DNA of 64,000 nucleotides from Planctomycetota bacterium (GTDB taxonomy: Bacteria; Planctomycetota; GCA-002687715; CAIWVZ01): positions 320,001 to 384,000 of the forward strand of contig JBGANV010000004.1 of NCBI GenBank assembly GCA_044222185.1, given 5' to 3'. Under the pieces are notes generated by a model, which saw nothing but the letters and a program-made list of their open reading frames with translations, made no database searches and was not told where the DNA came from. This document shows positions 62,244 through 64,000 of this stretch, in pieces (position 1 is the stretch's first letter; each line of letters starts with the position of its first letter). The position numbers were made by a program, and so were the translations under genes.

Positions 62244-63107
62244 ATGAATCATCAACATGTCCTCGTGATCGGCGGCGGGACGATGGGCAACGGCATCGCT
62301 CACGTCTTCGCCCAATCCGGCCGCAACGTCACCCTGCTCGACGTGAAGACCGAGTTCCTCGACAAGGCGCGCGCCACCATCGAATCGAACCTGGCGCGCC
62401 AGGTGAAGAAGGGCACGCTCTCGGACGCAGACGCGAAGGCCACCGTCGGACGCATCAAGTTCGCAACCGACATGGCCGATGCGCGACAGGCGACGATCGG
62501 CATCGAGGCCGTGACCGAGAACCTGGCGGTCAAGCGCGACATCTTCCAGAAGATGGACGCGACGCTGGCGCCGAACGCGATCCTCGCCACGAACACGTCG
62601 TCCATCTCCATCACGAAGATTGCGGCGGCGACGAAGCGCCCGACGCAGGTCATCGGCATGCACTTCATGAACCCGGTGCCGGTCATGAAGCTCGTGGAGA
62701 TCATCCGCGGCCACGTGACGTCCGACGACACGACGCGTCAGACCGTCGAGCTGTCGCGCGACCTCGGCAAGACGCCGGTCGAAGTGAACGACTGGCCCGG
62801 CTTCGTCAGCAACCGCGTGCTGATGCCGCTCATCAACGAGGCGGCGTTCGCGCTGATGGAAGGCGTGGCGACGAAGGAAGCCATCGACGAAGTGATGAAG
62901 CTCGGGATGAATCACCCCATGGGTCCGCTGACGCTCGCCGACTTCATCGGGCTCGACGTGTGCCTGAGCATCATGAACGTGCTGTTCGAGGGGTTCGGTG
63001 ACGGGCGATTCCGCCCCTGCCCGCTGCTGAAGAAGCTCGTCGACGCGGGGCACCTGGGCCGCAAGAGCGGTCGCGGGTTCTACGACTACACGCAAGCTTC
63101 GGCCTGA
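62244..63107 (+). CDS. hbd: 3-hydroxybutyryl-CoA dehydrogenase
   Basis: [52 protein letters not shown]. Confidence 0.95.
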   Translation: MNHQHVLVIGGGTMGNGIAHVFAQSGRNVTLLDVKTEFLDKARATIESNLARQVKKGTLSDADAKATVGRIKFATDMADARQATIGIEAVTENLAVKRDIFQKMDATLAPNAILATNTSSISITKIAAATKRPTQVIGMHFMNPVPVMKLVEIIRGHVTSDDTTRQTVELSRDLGKTPVEVNDWPGFVSNRVLMPLINEAAFALMEGVATKEAIDEVMKLGMNHPMGPLTLADFIGLDVCLSIMNVLFEGFGDGRFRPCPLLKKLVDAGHLGRKSGRGFYDYTQASA

Positions 63108-63111
63108 GCTC

Positions 63112-64000
63112 ATGGAGTACAGCCTCACCTCCGAGCAGGAGACGCACCGCGAGCGTGCGCGCGCGTTCGCGGACACGGTCGTGAAGCCGGGCGCCGGCGA
63201 TCGCGATGCGAAGAAGCTCTTCCCCCGCGACATCGTGAAAGCCGCGGCCGCCCAGGGCTACATGGGACTCCTCGTCCCGACGGCGTTCGGTGGCGCGGGC
63301 CTCGACAACGTGCGTCAGTGCCTGATCCTCGAGGAGATCGCCCGGGCCGACGCGTCGGCGCACGTCACCATCTCCGTGCACAACTCGCTCGTCTGCGGGC
63401 CGACGAACAAGTACGCGAGCGACGTCCTGAAGCGGAAATACCTGCCGCAGCTCGCCCGTGGCGAGATGATCGGGGCGTACGCCTTGACCGAGCCACACGC
63501 GGGGTCGGATGCCGCCGCGCTCTCGTGCACGGCCGTCCGCGATGGCGACGCCTGGGTGATGAACGGCTCGAAGATGTGGATCACGACGGGCGGTGAAGCG
63601 GGGCTCATCCTCGTGTTCGCCCGCACGGACAAGTCGGCCCAGAAGGCCAAGGGCATCTCCGCATTCCTCGTCGATCGGCATTCGCCCGGACTCACCGTCG
63701 GGAAGCCCGAGAACAAGCTCGGCATTCGAGCCTCGGAGACGGTCCAGCTGTTCTTCGAGAACGTCCGCATCCCCGGCGAGAACCTCGTGGGCGAGCTCAA
63801 TCGCGGCTTCAACTATGCGATGGAGACGCTGAACGGCGGCCGGATCGGGATCGCCACGCAGGCCGTCGGCATCGCGCAGGCAATCCTGGACGAGGTCGTG
63901 CTGGCTCTTCGTGGCCGCAAGCGCGACGGCGTGGCCGTGCGGACGACGCAGGACGAGGACTTCCGCGTGGCCGAGATGGCGACGAAGGTGACGGCGGCGC
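63112..64000 (+). CDS. Acyl-CoA dehydrogenase, truncated by the window end
   Basis: Manual translation MEYSLTSEQETHRERARAFA...GAYALTEPHAGSD...NGSKMWIT...KLGIRAS...GGRIGIA. Confidence 0.92.
   Translation, partial: MEYSLTSEQETHRERARAFADTVVKPGAGDRDAKKLFPRDIVKAAAAQGYMGLLVPTAFGGAGLDNVRQCLILEEIARADASAHVTISVHNSLVCGPTNKYASDVLKRKYLPQLARGEMIGAYALTEPHAGSDAAALSCTAVRDGDAWVMNGSKMWITTGGEAGLILVFARTDKSAQKAKGISAFLVDRHSPGLTVGKPENKLGIRASETVQLFFENVRIPGENLVGELNRGFNYAMETLNGGRIGIATQAVGIAQAILDEVVLALRGRKRDGVAVRTTQDEDFRVAEMATKVTAA

Overview
GC-rich bacterial chromosomal window, probably Planctomycetota (inferred from recO-bamD-lptE-folP-cdaA synteny, an ECF sigma factor with a long extracytoplasmic extension, and many Sec-exported hypothetical proteins). 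The housekeeping backbone includes htpG, rsmE, a CNNM/hemolysin gene, recO, bamD, lptE, folP, cdaA-cdaR-glmM, glnS, orn, pyrK, hxlB, a thiolase, tyrS, hbd and an acyl-CoA dehydrogenase. Five accessory blocks stand out. (1) An uncharacterised two-gene secreted module occurs twice in inverted orientation (3.6-5.8 kb and 48.2-50.6 kb), each copy preceded by a near-identical sigma54-type promoter. (2) A divergent DUF692/MNIO oxidase and its partner have no visible precursor peptide. (3) A 2.5-kaa Sec-exported RHS protein carries a prenyltransferase-like N-terminal domain, Ig repeats and a GIY-YIG/URI nuclease tip, but no immunity gene follows it. (4) A stress island holds MoaD-BNR, Crp/Fnr, an ArsR-rhodanese-YeeE sulfur operon with a 12-2-12 operator, and qNOR with a TTGAC-N4-GTCAA box. 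(5) Inside that island is an RbfA-paralog + RtcB operon preceded by a 16-codon leader ORF and an anti-Shine-Dalgarno helix; this is the best candidate for an undescribed ribosome-repair system. No rRNA, tRNA, CRISPR array or transposase was recognised. All assignments are by eye from motifs; no searches were run.
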